Source: Camelus dromedarius
Lineage: Eukaryota
Assembly: GCF_036321535.1 (NCBI RefSeq)
Contig: NC_087437.1
Coordinates: 11,534,001 to 11,598,000, forward strand
Reading direction: 5' to 3'
DNA: 64,000 bases
Part shown: in pieces, positions 1 through 12,875 of the stretch
Layout of the letters: each line of letters starts with the position of its first letter
How positions within the stretch are numbered: position 1 is the stretch's first letter
Notes under the pieces: generated by a model
Told to the model about the DNA's origin: nothing
Database searches by the model: none
The model's input: only the letters and a program-made list of their open reading frames with translations
Program-made: the position numbers and the translations under genes

Positions 1-243
1 GCATGCTCGATAAGTGAATAGAATGAAACAGAAAACTCCCTTCACCACACTGGGACAACCATGAGCAGTGTCTACTTTTCCAGCATATTTGGAGGAAGAC
101 TCAGAGTGACTTTTGGATGGATGAAGGTGTTTTCCTGACATGCTGAAAGAAGTTGGACTCTCCTTTTCAGAAGACATGACCATCCATGGGTTTCCAAGGC
201 TTTGTAATGAAGACAAGTTAATGGCGTGATTTAAAAAGCAGAG

Positions 244-949
244 GTGGTTCCTCAAAAATCTAAAAGTTAACTTACCATAAGATCTAGCAATCCCACTCCT
301 GGACATATATCCACAAGGAATGCTAATTTGAAAAGACACATGCACCCCAATGTTCACAACAGCACTATTTACAATAGCCAAGATATGGAACCAACCTAAG
401 TGTGATGATTGGATAAAGAAGTTGTGGTATATTTATACAATGGAAAACTACTCAGCCATAAAAAAGAATAAAATAATGCCATTTACAGCAACATGGATGG
501 ACCCGGAGACCATCATTCTAAGTTAAGTAAGGCAGAAAAAGAAAGAAAAATACCATATGGTATCACTCATATGTGGAATTTAAAAAAAAGAAAAGAAAAA
601 AGAGGACACTAATGAACTCTTCTACAAAACAAAAACCGACTTGCAGACATAGTAAACAATCTTATGATTCCTAGGGAAAAGGACTGGGAAGGGATAAATT
701 TGGGAGTTTGAGATTTGCAAATGATAACCACTATATATAAAAATAGATAAAAAAACAAATTTCTTCTGTATAGCACTGGAAACTATATTCTATCTTATAA
801 TAACCTTTAATGAAAAAGAATATGAAAATAAATATATGTATACACACACATGACTGGGACATTATGCTGTACACCAGAAACTGACACATTGTAACTGACT
901 ATGCTTCAATTTTAAAAAATACAAAAAAAAAAAAAAGTTAAAAAAAGAT
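244..949 (+). mobile_element. 5'-truncated young L1 (ORF2 end + 3'UTR + poly(A))
   Basis: L1 3' motifs (gcaatcccactcctgg, gacacatgcaccccaatgttcac, ggaaactatattc) and A-rich tail; TSD aaaaagcagag at 233-243 and 950-960 at a tt/aaaa endonuclease site. Confidence 0.95.
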
Positions 950-3900
950 AAAAAGCAGAGACAGGTAAGCAGCTTACATCACAGGACTCATGTGCTTGGC
1001 TGAAGTCACCAAGAGCAAAGCCCTGAAGGACTTAGCAGTGCCGAAAGGTCCTGGCTGTGCTGCCCACATGCAGGTAAACGGCTTAAGTAATTGCTGTTCT
1101 TGGGCTGTTAGACAAAACACCTAGTCGAAACTGTACAAGGACAAGCGCTCCCACAGAGGAAAAATTATCAACTGTTGTCAGACAGAATAACATGTGACTG
1201 CCGACATTTCACCTTTTATTATTACAGCAATGCTTGAAGAAAGAAGTGTCGTGCAGGTTGTCAGCATTTCATTTTAACCCCCTCTCGGAGGCGGTTAAAA
1301 ATTCACTCATGCTGAAATCTGCCTTTCAGGTTCTCAGCCAGATTTGTGCTTTGTTTCTAATCCATTGTTCTCTAATGGAACGCACGATGTAACGCAGGGG
1401 CAAGGGTTTTTCCAAGGATCTTTCTCCAAACTGCTTCCTACCTCAATTCCTTTTTCCCGGCTCGCTCCACTGTCTGCCAACAGGTTAGTTTTCACAACAA
1501 AAACAACCCAAAAGATATGCTCAACTGAGGGACAATTAAAGGCTTCTGGCAGTGTTTGTAAAAATAGCTGCAGCAATTAGCTACTCTCAACAAGTAGGAA
1601 TCTGTTCAGCGGTGCTCGCTAAAGGCAACCGCTGTCCTGGAGCGCTGCAGGTGCCTGTGGGAGACGCAACTGAATCAACAGGTATTGTGGTAGCTCTCGC
1701 TGAACAAAAGGTAACCAATGACAGTTCAAAAAAATGTCTTGGTAGGAGTGACACAGAAGTGACAGTCTGGTAGGAAAGAGGAACCAGAGGTCTCATCCCC
1801 ACTAACGTTGTTTAGACGCCGTGCTCTTGGCACTCAACGCTCTCCCTGGTCCCCTAACCAAGCCATCTCCCCCTGATGACAAAATGCCAGGGAACGGGGA
1901 GAGAACCGATGATTTATTGGTTGATTACTATGTGCCAGGCGGAATGCTAGGCACTTTATAAATCATAAGATACTGTGAAGATACAAGAGGCATGAGGTGC
2001 CCCCTCTCCTCTCCAGCTGAAACTTACTTTAGGTGTGTCTATACCTGTGCATAAATGGCTTGAAAACACTTCCAAGCTTGCTTTGTTTATCTTAAGCGAG
2101 AGCGGCTGTCCAGCAAGACTCATTATGTCGATCAGCCGCTGAGACAGCACCATACAAAACAGAGTGCTTACTTTTGTAGACATGCTGCCAGCTCTGATAG
2201 GTGTGTTGGGTCTTGCATGTGCCATCTTTCCCATGACAGTGGTCCCAGAACCTGGGAAGGTGCTATAATTAGCCTTTTTTTATTCTCAGCATTTCTGCAA
2301 TACGTACCATTTGTAAACTCCTTAACAATCAACTCTAGTCTTCACGTCTCACAAGAAATCAGATAGCTCAACACTTGTCAACTCTGCTTTATGGCCCTGC
2401 ATCCTCAGGCCTAGAGTTCAAAGAAATCACAGGTAAGGCAGCCGTCTCAGACTTAAGACCATCACAGCTGCTCTGTTTTTATCCAGCCTCTCAGCCTGGT
2501 TGCCCAGCTTTCCCTGAATATGTGCGTGTGTGTATATATATATGTATGTGGGTATGTATATTATTTTTAAACTCTTGGAATTAAGACAATCATAGTAAGA
2601 ATATTGGCCCCAATTCTCCATTTTTAGCAAGAAGAATTCACAGCCTGGGCTTTTGCCAAGGATTGCTGGAATAATTTTGGCAGATCTAAGATGGCCCCAT
2701 AGACAACATCCCTTAGCTGGTGGAGAAGCAAAGCTGAACCTGTTCAGGGGCTATTTAACTCTCCTGTGCCTGTGGCAGCAAGGAAGGAGGGGGATCCCAG
2801 GCAGAGCCAAGGCGCATTGTCCGGCTGGGCAGAAGCAGCAGTGGAGCATGCGGGGCAGGTGAATGGGCAGAGCTGGCCTTGGGAAGCTTCTCTGGGGAGC
2901 AGTGGACTGCTCCCCACAACGCATGTGGTACACCAGAGCCACAGGGAGGGGAGGCCCAGGTGGCTCTGGCTTTCCAGTTGGGAATAGTTAGCCACTGTCT
3001 TAGAAACTGGGTAGTAAAATATGGTCAAAGTTATAAAGAAAAACTACAGTTCAGCTTTGGAAAAGGTCTTGTGGAGATATATCCCTCTTTCCTTGGAGAC
3101 AGGCTGTTCTATTTACCATTCTTGAATAATGCAGTCACCCCAGATTCATGGCAGTAAAAATATTTATTATCCCATGTCATCATCTCATAATCTCTGATAC
3201 CTGTTGTTAAATCCAGAGATGGTGATTCCTTACTAAACTTTGTTTTTAAACCACAGCTTCATGGCTCCATAGTAAATGTGCAATAACTGCTCAAAATATT
3301 TCATTTTTAAACTATGATAAATGCTGCTGCTACTAATATTTCTACCTGGATCAAGAAGGACAATTGTCTCAACTTAGAATATATTTATGAACTGGGGATC
3401 TTTTTCTAACCTAATTCCAAACCTAACTGGTTTCTAATAGTCTGTTTACTCCTCTTTAAACAGTTTGGGTTAGCTGAGCTATCTCCCATTATCAAAAACA
3501 AATATTTTTCCCTCTTGTGCTCTCACCTTCCCCAATACATCTGCACTGTCTTCATCACCACTATCATTATAGTCATCACCAACATTAGTTGAGCACTTTC
3601 TATACGCCAGGCATCATCCTGACAATTTTACATGAGAGCAGTCATGATGCAACTGGGACATGCGGATCTGACTCCAAAGCCAGACTCCTTACCACTAGGC
3701 TCTAGGAATCTTCTTGGGTACCTTGTTGCCATTTCTGAAGCACAATTGTGTCCGTCTTTTCATTTGATTCTTACAACCACACAAAAGGTTTTATTTTATT
3801 TCTTCTAAGTCTCAGAAAGATACACACTATTTTATTTTGTTGAATTATTAAGGGTTTGGCTATATTTTGTTCCCAGATGAAAATTCTAAATTTAATTTAA

Positions 3901-6469
3901 AGTAACACTATGAACTTCTCCACCTGAAAAAGTTAAAGTTATATTCAACTGTAAATCATCCTCAAATAACTCTTCACTGTTTCTTTTTTTTCCTGTTATA
4001 AAGCAAAGTCCTACATTTTCCAAGGGGATATGCTGAACTCCTGTAGAAATAGGGAGTGTATTTAAATGCATCTTCAGTTACAACTGACTGCATCACAAAA
4101 TCAAATAGTTTGGAGTTTACATATAGTTGTATGAGTAACATTTGTACTTATATGTCTAGATTTATATATACCAGACTAAATTTCAGAAACGATTTTTCAG
4201 AGGTTTGGAACATATACTGCTTGGAATTTCTGTATACCTCTGCTCTCTCTTGATATGAAAAATAAGTAGTTTATTCTATTTTTTAATATCTCTACCTACA
4301 TCCACAGAGTGTTAAGAAAGGACATCTATGATAACGTGGCCTTGTGAAAATAAATACTAAATTCCTTATTGAATTACTGTTTCTTTTGATAGTCACTCAA
4401 TTATAGTTCTTAAATTCACTGTTCCCATTTTTTGACACATCATCATTAAGGAAAGATCTGAGTTTTTGCAAAGAACAACTGGACTGAATTCCATGGGAAT
4501 ATGAATAATAGAGATGCCACTACATGAATGTGTACATTGTTCTTAGAGTGAAATCCTTCTTGCCTGTTATCATATGGATAATCTTTAGGACATTCTTGGG
4601 AGGCCCAAGGCAGAAGATCAGGACATCCACATCATACAGAGACAATGGAAGTGCTGGAGAGCATTAAACACTCAAAGTCACTTGGAGAACCAAGCCAGAC
4701 CCCACACATCCTTCCAGTAACTTCCTCTGTGCAAGGCCTCACACGCTTGTCATGATAAATGCTCCCTTCCACTGACAGTCAAACAGATATTCCTGCTGAA
4801 CAATTAACTTCCCAAAAAAGCATCTCAGGGAAGCTCGGGCTTAGTTCCAACCTTGTGGCCAATACATATCTACATAAACAAGCTCTGGGGGCACCAGTGG
4901 AGGTTAGTGCACAGACAAGCTCATAATACATTCCAGTGCTTACTGCAACCAAATGATGGACTCAGAATGCTGCATTTCATCTTTACATATTCAGATCAAA
5001 AGAAATAAATACCTGTTGTTTCAAACAGCTGAGTCATTCACTGGAGTGCTGACTTACCACCAAAGTCATGGACAGTGGTGATGTCTTTCTTAAGGTGGCA
5101 AGAAGACCCCATTAAGTGAGGTCCTATAATGTGCCAAGAGACAAGGGCTTCGAGACCATTGAAGGAACAGAATGATACGAGAGAGGGGTCTGACATGTCC
5201 AAGCATAAATTCAACCTCCTTTTTGGCTAACAGTCCTTTGAATCCTTGGATTTAAGGCCCCAAAATACGAGTTTTGCAATTGGGGACCTACCATGTCTTT
5301 GGTATTGGACGAGAGGAAGAAATAAAGTATCTAAGTCTTGGTGTGGAACAGGGATTTACATTTGTTATTTGAGTTTGTCCAGTGAGGACCATAATTCACA
5401 TTTTTATATTCCTATAATATAGAAGAGGAGAATGAGGCACAAATAATTTAAATATTTCACTGGAAAACCCAGATTGTGTTATAGAGCCAGGATTTGGACC
5501 CAGGTCTACATGATTCTATGCCTATTTTCCTTGCTGCCTTCTTGGGACAAAATCGTATTTGCCCAGGGGATTTATGGGAAATGATGGAAGTTTTAGCACA
5601 GTCCCCTAAAGCATCCATTAGCTTGTCCTCCTTAAGCTCAGCAGTTAGTAAGCCCTTGTCATGTATGTTCCCTTCCTAAATGAGCATGCAGAGACTGTGC
5701 AAGATGAACATCTGTGCATAAGAATCAATACTTTTAGAGCTGAAGAGAGGGGAAGAACTTGACCTGTTTCTAAACTTGGGCTCTCAGTTCAGTGGCTTGA
5801 CTGGTGGTGGTTTCCCTACCTACTGGTATAATTGTTCTCAATCCCACCTGCCACCCACACAGCAGCACAGAACATTCCCCTCTACTTTGGACAAAATTTC
5901 ACTCAAGGGCCTTCTAGAGGAATGGTTTATCTGCTGTTTTCTTTAGCATTTTCAGCTAAGACATTTTCATAACCTTCCCAGAAATAACTTCCAACTCACA
6001 AGTCTCAGGAAGGGTCCTTCTTTCATTCAAACAGGAAAAAGCACAAAGCAATGAAACATCCTCAAATAGTACCATAGCATCCAGCTAGGTGTTTCCTGGC
6101 TTACAGGTCACACACTGTAATTTAAGTGTGTTTTGCATGGATCAGTGCAGAAAAGTGAACTTTACTCCTTCTGAGGGCTTTTGTGATTTATATGACTCTT
6201 CCCTTAATTCCTAAGTGCCTCCCTAACAGGGAGTCCTCAGACCAGAGACTGTGTAAAATTGTTCTTTGGTAGTTCCAAGTGTGTGCTTATGCTTTCAACC
6301 AGCGTGCAGGTTTACTGAGGGAGAGCAGCAAGAGAAGCTGGAATTCTCTGGTGATTCATCTCTGGTAGAAGCACCCATGTGCCAAGCCCCATGAAGCCCA
6401 TCACACTGCTGATTTTCAGCAGGATGTTCCCTAACCATCAGTGAGGAGGCTATTTTAAAAACTCATCCT

Positions 6470-7730
6470 AAGATATCCACATACAAAGAATGAAGTCAGA
6501 CCCCTTCCTCACACCATACAGAAAAATTAACTCAAAGTGGATTACAGACCTACATGTAAAAGTGAAATCTGCAAAACTCTTAAAAGTAAGTGTAGGAGGA
6601 ATTTTTCATTACCTTGGGTTATGCAAAGCTTTTTTGGATAGAACACCAAAAGCCCAAGCATCAGAGAAAAAAATAAATTGATTTCATCAAAATTAAAAAC
6701 TTTTGTGCTTCAGTGGAGACCTTCAAGAAAGTGGACAGCTCACACTGTGTGGAAGAAAGTATTTGCAAATCACATTTCTATATATGGAACTTGTATCTAG
6801 ATGATATAAAGAACTCTTACAAGTCAGTAATGAAAAAAACAAATAACTCAATTAGAAAATGGGTGAGGGACTTAAACAGACATTTCTTAAAGATATACAA
6901 ATGGACAATAAGCATATGAAAAGATGTTCAACATCATTAGCCACAGGGGAAACACAAAGCAAAATTACAGAGATACCATTTCACACCCATTTCTTAATGG
7001 CGTGTGTTTGAATGGTGTGTGCTGAAATCGGCCGTCCTTGACTATCATCAAAAGGAGAAATAACAACAAGTGGTGGCAAGGATATAGAGGAATTGGAAAC
7101 CTCATGCACCACTGACGCGAATGGAAAATGGTGCAGCTGCCTTGGAGAATAGCCTGACAGTCCCTTAAAAGCTAAGCATAAAGTTACCACAAAACCCAGT
7201 AATTCTACTCTTAGATACATATCCAAGAGAAACAAAAACATATGTGCATGCAAAAACTTGTGCACAAATGTTTGTAGCAGCATTATTCACAACAGCCAAA
7301 ACGAAGAACAACCTAAATATCCACACAATGGTGAACAGCTAAGCAAAATGTGGTATATCCATGCAATGGGATATTATTTGGCGATAAAAAGGAATGAAGT
7401 AATGATATATGGTACAATTTGTATGAACCTTGTAAACATTATGCTAATTGAAAGAATTCAGTCACAAAAGGCCATCTATGATACGACTCTGTTTACATGA
7501 AACATCCAAAATAGGCAAATCTACAGAGGCAGACGGTTGGTCAGTGGTTGTCCAGGGCTGGGGTGGGGGAGGAATGAGGAGGGACTGCTGATCAGTTGTT
7601 TAGGAGGGTGATGGAAATGTAAATTTGATTGTGATGATGGTGGTACAACTCTGGGAATATATTAAAAACCACTGAATTGTACACTTTAAATGGGTGAAGA
7701 GTATAGTATGTGGCTATATCTCAATAAAGG
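6470..7730 (+). mobile_element. older L1 (L1MA/L1MB-like) ORF2 3' part and 3'UTR
   Basis: ORF 6490-6681 reads DPFLTPYRKINSKWITDLHVK (L1 ORF2 C-terminal region); ORF 7258 reads KMWYIHAMGYYLAIKRNE; 3'UTR ends aaaccactgaattgtacactttaaatggg...aataaa. Confidence 0.9.
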
Positions 7731-7835
7731 AGCTTATTATATATTATATTAATATATACTTAACATATTTATTTGTATATTTACTATGTATTAAAAAATT
7801 TAATTATATATCTTTTAAAAAAACAACATTCTAGA

Positions 7836-7948
7836 CCTTGGTTCTCAGTCTTGGTTGCCCCTTGAAATCACCTGGGGGTACTTCTCAACTCCCGAAGCCT
7901 AGGCCACATCCAAGACCAATTATGTCAGAATCACCATGGTCAGGACCT
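7836..7948. mobile_element. MER5-family hAT-Charlie MITE fragment
   Basis: ggttctcagtcttggttgc...gaaatcacctgggg...cctaggccacatccaagaccaatt...tcagaatc resembles MER5A/B. Confidence 0.65.
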
Positions 7949-8244
7949 TTAAGGTCACTCCATAGCAGAGACCAACACTTATGAGAAGAAGCTGACTGGG
8001 TGGCCTCACCCCCTGGAGGACACCGAGGAGAAACATTATGCTCCCACTGGGTGGATACCTGAACTTCTGATTTCTTCTCTCTTCACAAGGAACTGTATGT
8101 TCATGTTTCTGTGGTTCTTATTTTGGAATCTTTGTAAAGTAATGCTCACAGGTTTATTTATTCTGAAATAAAATGCATGGAACCAAACCATATACCTAAT
8201 ATTTGAGGAGTTTCACTTTGATTCTTTTCATCTAAAATCCCCAA

Positions 8245-8427
8245 AAGGGTGAGAAGGGATAAGTTGGGAGTTCGAAATTTGCATCTCTTGGGGAGTCACG
8301 GAAATGTTTATCTTGATGGTGGTGGTCGTTTCACAGATGCATACATCTATCAAGTTCATCAAATTGTACATCTGAAATATGTGTAGTTTACAGATATGAT
8401 ACCACAATAAAGTTGTTTAAAAAAAAT
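8245..8427 (+). mobile_element. short L1 3'-end fragment with chimeric tail
   Basis: gaagggataagttgggagttcgaaatttgca followed by a ctcttggggag...aataaagttg tail; TSD aaatccccaa at 8235-8244 and 8428-8437. Confidence 0.85.
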
Positions 8428-8449
8428 AAATCCCCAATTATTTTTTATT

Positions 8450-10469
8450 GGTCAAGATGGCAGAGTGGTAGGACCATGAGCTTGCCTCTCCTCGTGACTA
8501 CAAAGAAACCACAACTGACTGCTAAACAATCATAGGAAAAAAGACTGGAATCTAGCAAAAAAGACCTTCAAATGGAAACATAAAGAGGGAACCACAACAG
8601 AATGGTAGGACGAGTGTGTCTGAGATATAATCAGTCCCCATACCTCCCGGGTTGGCGACCCACAAGCTGAAGGATAACTGAGTGGCAGAGGTCCTCCCAC
8701 AGGAGTGAGAGTTTGAGCCCCACGTCGGGCTCCCCAGCCAGGGGTTCCAGTATTGGGAGGAGGAGGAGATCTCAGGACATCTGGTTTTGAAGGCCAGTGC
8801 GGCTTAACTCCAGGAGCCCCATGGGACTAGGGGAAACAGAGACTTCACTCTCTTGGGAAGCATACATAGAATCTCGAGTGCGCCAGGTCCAAGGGCAGAG
8901 GCAGTGATTTCATAGGAACCTGGGCCAGGTCTGCCTGCTGGTTTTTGGAGGGTCTCCTGGGGGTGTGGGGGATGGCTGTGGCTCAGCCAGGGAACATAAA
9001 GGCTGGTGGTAAACATTATGGGAGTGTTCATCTACATGAGCTTTCCTGGAGGCTGACATATTGATTGGATCATTAGCACCAAGACACAGCCCCATCCAAC
9101 AGCCTGTAGGGAAGCCTCAGGCCAAACAACATACAGAGTGGGAACACAGCCCCACCCATCAGCAGACTTCCTAGGCCACCAACGCCTATAGACAAGGCCT
9201 TACTCACCAGAGGTCCAGGACCAAGCTTCACCCAGCAGTGGGCAGGCACTGGCTCCTCCTGCCAGGAACCCTGCCTCATCCACCAGGAGCAGATACAAGA
9301 AATAAGAAAACAACAACCCCAAAGCCTGTGGAAGGAATCCAGAAACACAGGCCAGACTCTACACTGTGACTGGCTGGACCCCGACCCTTGGGTGACAAGA
9401 GAGGAGTGTCCTGCTGGGACGCATAGGACGTCTCCCACAGAGGGCCACCTCTTCAAGGTCGAGAAATGTAACTAACCTACCTAGAAATACACATAGAAAG
9501 ATAAACAATATGAAGTGGCAGAGGAATGTCTCCCAGGCCAAGGCACAAAATAAAATCCTGGAAGAAATAAGTGATGAGATAGGCAATTTATTTGAGAAAG
9601 AGTTTAAAGTAATGATGGCCAAGATGTTCAGAGAACTCAAGAGGAGTATAGATGCCTAGAGCGAGGTTTTTAGCAAAGAGTTGGAAAATATAAAGAATAC
9701 CCAAACAGAGTTGAAGAATAAAATCACTCAAATGAGTAACACACTAGAAGGAACTAAAAATAGACTAAATGAGGCAGAAAAATGGATCAGTGAGCTAGAA
9801 GACAGATTAGTGGAAATCACTACTGCAGAACAGAAACAAGAAAAAAGAATGAAAAGAAATGATAACAGTTTAAGAGAACTCTGGGACAACATGAAGCACA
9901 CTAATATTTGCATTATAGGCATCCTAGAAAGATAAGAGAGAGAGAAAGGACCTGAGAAAATTTTGGGAGAGAAAATCACTGAAAACATCCCCAACTTGGG
10001 AAAGGAAACAGTCACCCAAGTCCAGGAGGAATGGAGGGTACCACACAGGATCAACCCAAAAAGGAACACACCAAGGCACATAGTCATCATATTGACAAAA
10101 ATTAAGGATAGGGAGAAAATATTAAAATTAGCAAGAGAAAAGCAACAAATAACATACAAGGGAGCTCCCATAAGGTTATCAGCTGATTTTTCAGCAGAAA
10201 CACTCCAAGCCAGAAGGGGAGTGGCGTGATATATTTTAAGTGATGAAAGGGAAAAACTTAGAATGAAGAATACTCTATCCAGCAAGGCTCTCATTCAGAT
10301 TTGATGGAGAAATCAAAAGCTTCACAGATAAAACAAAAATTAAAAGAATTCAGCACCACCAAACCAGCTTTACAACAAATCTTAAAGGACCTTATCTAGT
10401 CATCAAACCATAATAAAAGAGAACAAAAAGAAGAAAGAGGGGGGAAAAAAAAAAAAAGACCTACAAAAG
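8450..10469 (+). mobile_element. L1 5'UTR + ORF1 + start of inter-ORF spacer
   Basis: Starts caagatggc (L1 5' end/YY1-type motif); GC-rich 5'UTR; ORF1 peptides ELKNKITQMSNTLEG, WISELEDRL, NSLRELWDNMKHTNICIIG, RVPHRINPKRNTPRHIVI, ITYKGAPIRLSADFSAETLQARR. Confidence 0.95.
9510..10399 (+). pseudogene. disrupted L1 ORF1p (stops/frameshifts)
   Basis: ATG at 9510 (atgaagtggcagagg); ORF pieces 9681-9935 and 9963-10229 match ORF1p coiled-coil/RRM/CTD; stop tag at 10397-10399. Confidence 0.9.
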
Positions 10470-10763
10470 ATTTCTTTGGCAGTTCAGGGTCTTTTATGGT
10501 CCCATATAAATTTTGAAATTGTTTGTTCTAGTTCTGTGAAAAATGTATTTTGACAGGGTTGCACTGGATCTGTGGATTGCTTTGGGTACTGTGGCCATTT
10601 TGATAGTGTTGATTCTTCCAATTCAAGAGCACAAGATATCTTTCCATTTCTTTGTGTCATCTTCAATTTCCTTCATCAATGTTTTACAGTTTTCAGAGTG
10701 TAGGTAACTTCCTTGGTTAAATTTATTTCTAGGTATTTTGTTATTTTTGATGCAATGGAAATG
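10469..10763 (-). mobile_element. inverted internal L1 ORF2 fragment
   Basis: Minus-strand peptides ENCKTLMKEIEDDTKKWKDILCS and FFTELEQTISKFIWDHKRP. Confidence 0.9.
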
Positions 10764-10825
10764 CTTATGCCAGTTATAAAATTCTGGTTTTTGAAGTGAA
10801 AAGAAAAACAAAAGTGAATGAAGCA

Positions 10826-11004
10826 CTGCAAATGGCAAAATATCCTTTCTTATGGGTGAGTTATATTCCATTATGTATATATATACTGCTTCTTTATCCA
10901 TTCATCTGTTCATGTGCACTTAGGATGCTTCCATATCTTGGCAATTATAAATAATGTTGCTGTTAATAGCGGGGTATATGTATCTTTTTGAATTAATCTT
11001 TTTT
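10826..11004 (-). mobile_element. inverted L1 ORF2 C-terminal fragment
   Basis: Minus-strand YIYIMEYNSPIRKDILPFA; + strand gcttccatatcttggcaattataaataatg. Confidence 0.85.
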
Positions 11005-12278
11005 GGTAGTTGGCTTTATTCCTTTGACAACTATGTAAGTTTAAAAAGCTAAAGGTTTAAACGTTCTTAGAAACAATGAACAGTACATATATGTAAATTC
11101 TAAAAAATATGTACAGTATATTTTTATATGTATTTACATGCAATATATTGTATATGTGCAGTCAAATTATAACAATTCTACCTAATAAAACTGAAAAAAA
11201 ATTTTAAATTCCCAAAACCATTCATTTATCTTTGGAATAATTCAACAAAAGAGCCCCAAACATGGAAGCTGGGACTACTGCTTTGCTGGTATCAATACCA
11301 GATAGAAAATGTTGAATGACCAAGTGAATTCCCTTTAAAAATTTACCAGTGCTTTCTTCCCTGTTTTTAAGCACCATTGAGAATCAAAACACCAGTCTAT
11401 GTGATTTAAAAAATAAAACTGACACACTTTCCAATCTGTAAGTCAGAAGTCAGGGTAGCAATTAGAACTCAACATAGAGACTGTCACTTAAATTCCATTT
11501 TATGAGGGAAAGACTGAATACTTAAAAACATTCAGCTATTGTTAATATAATGAAAAGGCAGCTACTATCAAGTTTTAAGTAAATAGATTAAAACTTTACA
11601 GACTGAGGGCAAACAGACAGCTTTTTGGAAGATTATGAACACTGGATTTGTGAAAGAAAAGAAAAGTATTTGAGGATTGATTTGGCATGTTCAATACTTT
11701 GAAAAAACACAGTCTGGAGTAGCCCATCAAAGCAGTGTGTTATCAAGGATATAATATGTAAATTGGCCGTTTAGTTGCTTAGAGATCTGCTCCAAGTTTC
11801 TCCCCTAGAAGCACTTCCCTCTTTCTTTTTCTTTTGCCGCTTCATCTCTGGCCTGCAATAATGGATCAACCAAGAAAGCGTTCCTTGCAATCACAGAGGA
11901 ATTTTTATCAGTGTTAACATGTGCAATCAAGCTGGCCCCATGTGAATGTGCATTTTAGTACGTACAGCAAATCCCTTTTTAGATAGGATTGAGCTCTTCC
12001 AGTTTGAGGTGGCGGTTCCATCCTCAAAGGGGAGAGAAGCTCACTTGAACAGGGCAGAGCTGCTGCTGGTGCAAGAGAAGCCTCCTCTCCAGCCTATCGA
12101 GGGTCCTCCACATTGTACTACATCTGATTACGTGGCTGCTGCAGGAATGGTATTGGGTGGGGAGACTGAAAATACTTGATGGTAGATACCAGCAGTTAGC
12201 TCTTGTTTTTAAAAGAAAATGGGATTGAGTTGGGAGGAATGAAAAAAGGAAAATGTAGACAATAAAAACTCAGATCAT

Positions 12279-12531
12279 ACACACTATTATATATAAAATA
12301 AACAACAAGGACCTACTGTATCACACAGGGAACTATAGTCAGTGCCTTGTAATAACCTATAATGGAAAAGAATCTGAAAAATAATATATCTGTGTATATA
12401 CATATATAACTAATCACTTTGCTCTACACCTGAAACACTGTAAATCAACTATACTTCAATAAAAAAATTTTAAACTTTTAAAAAAAATTTTTTAAAAGAA
12501 AAAATAAAAAAACAAACAAAAAAATCACCCC
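12279..12531 (+). mobile_element. young L1 3'UTR fragment
   Basis: aacaacaaggacctactgtat...tgtaaatcaactatacttcaataaaa; TSD aaactcagatcat at 12266-12278 and 12532-12544. Confidence 0.95.
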
Positions 12532-12701
12532 AAACTCAGATCATTGAAAAATAACCAAAAAATCCACATTTATATTTTTGTCAGTATTTTGCTCTCCCAG
12601 TCTACCCACAAGATACAATGATGGCAAAAGTGACAAATTTGGGGTTATGACTCCTTTTTTCAGCTGGTAGACACCCTGGCAAGAACTGTATTACTGAAAG
12701 G

Positions 12702-12875
12702 CAAGACCACAGACATCATTCGTCTGATGCAGAGCAACATGAAAACGCAGGGCCCTTGTTCAAAAATCAGCAAGGATTTCAAGACAGTGACAGGAAAGCT
12801 TTGGCCCAGGTACAGAGGCCTGCAGAGTGTGGGGCCGGCATGACCACATGGGCTGCAGCGCAAGGAGCCAGCTCT
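12702..12875 (-). mobile_element. MER45A-like hAT-Tip100 MITE
   Basis: atgaaaacgcagggcccttgttcaaaaat...atttcaagacagtgacag...ggagccagctctg matches the MER45A reverse strand as recalled. Confidence 0.75.

Noticed and set aside
9728..10294. 188-aa minus-strand hydrophobic ORF
   Set aside because: Antisense shadow of the A-rich L1 ORF1
8450..10460. ORF1-only (HAL1-like) element with its own poly(A)
   Set aside because: The A-run followed by gacctacaaaa resembles the normal L1 inter-ORF spacer and continues into inverted ORF2, with no TSD at that point
11946..12205. Possible coding exon (ORF 11946-12179 + or minus-strand exon ending at GTACGT)
   Set aside because: All minus frames contain stops and the plus peptide is not recognisable
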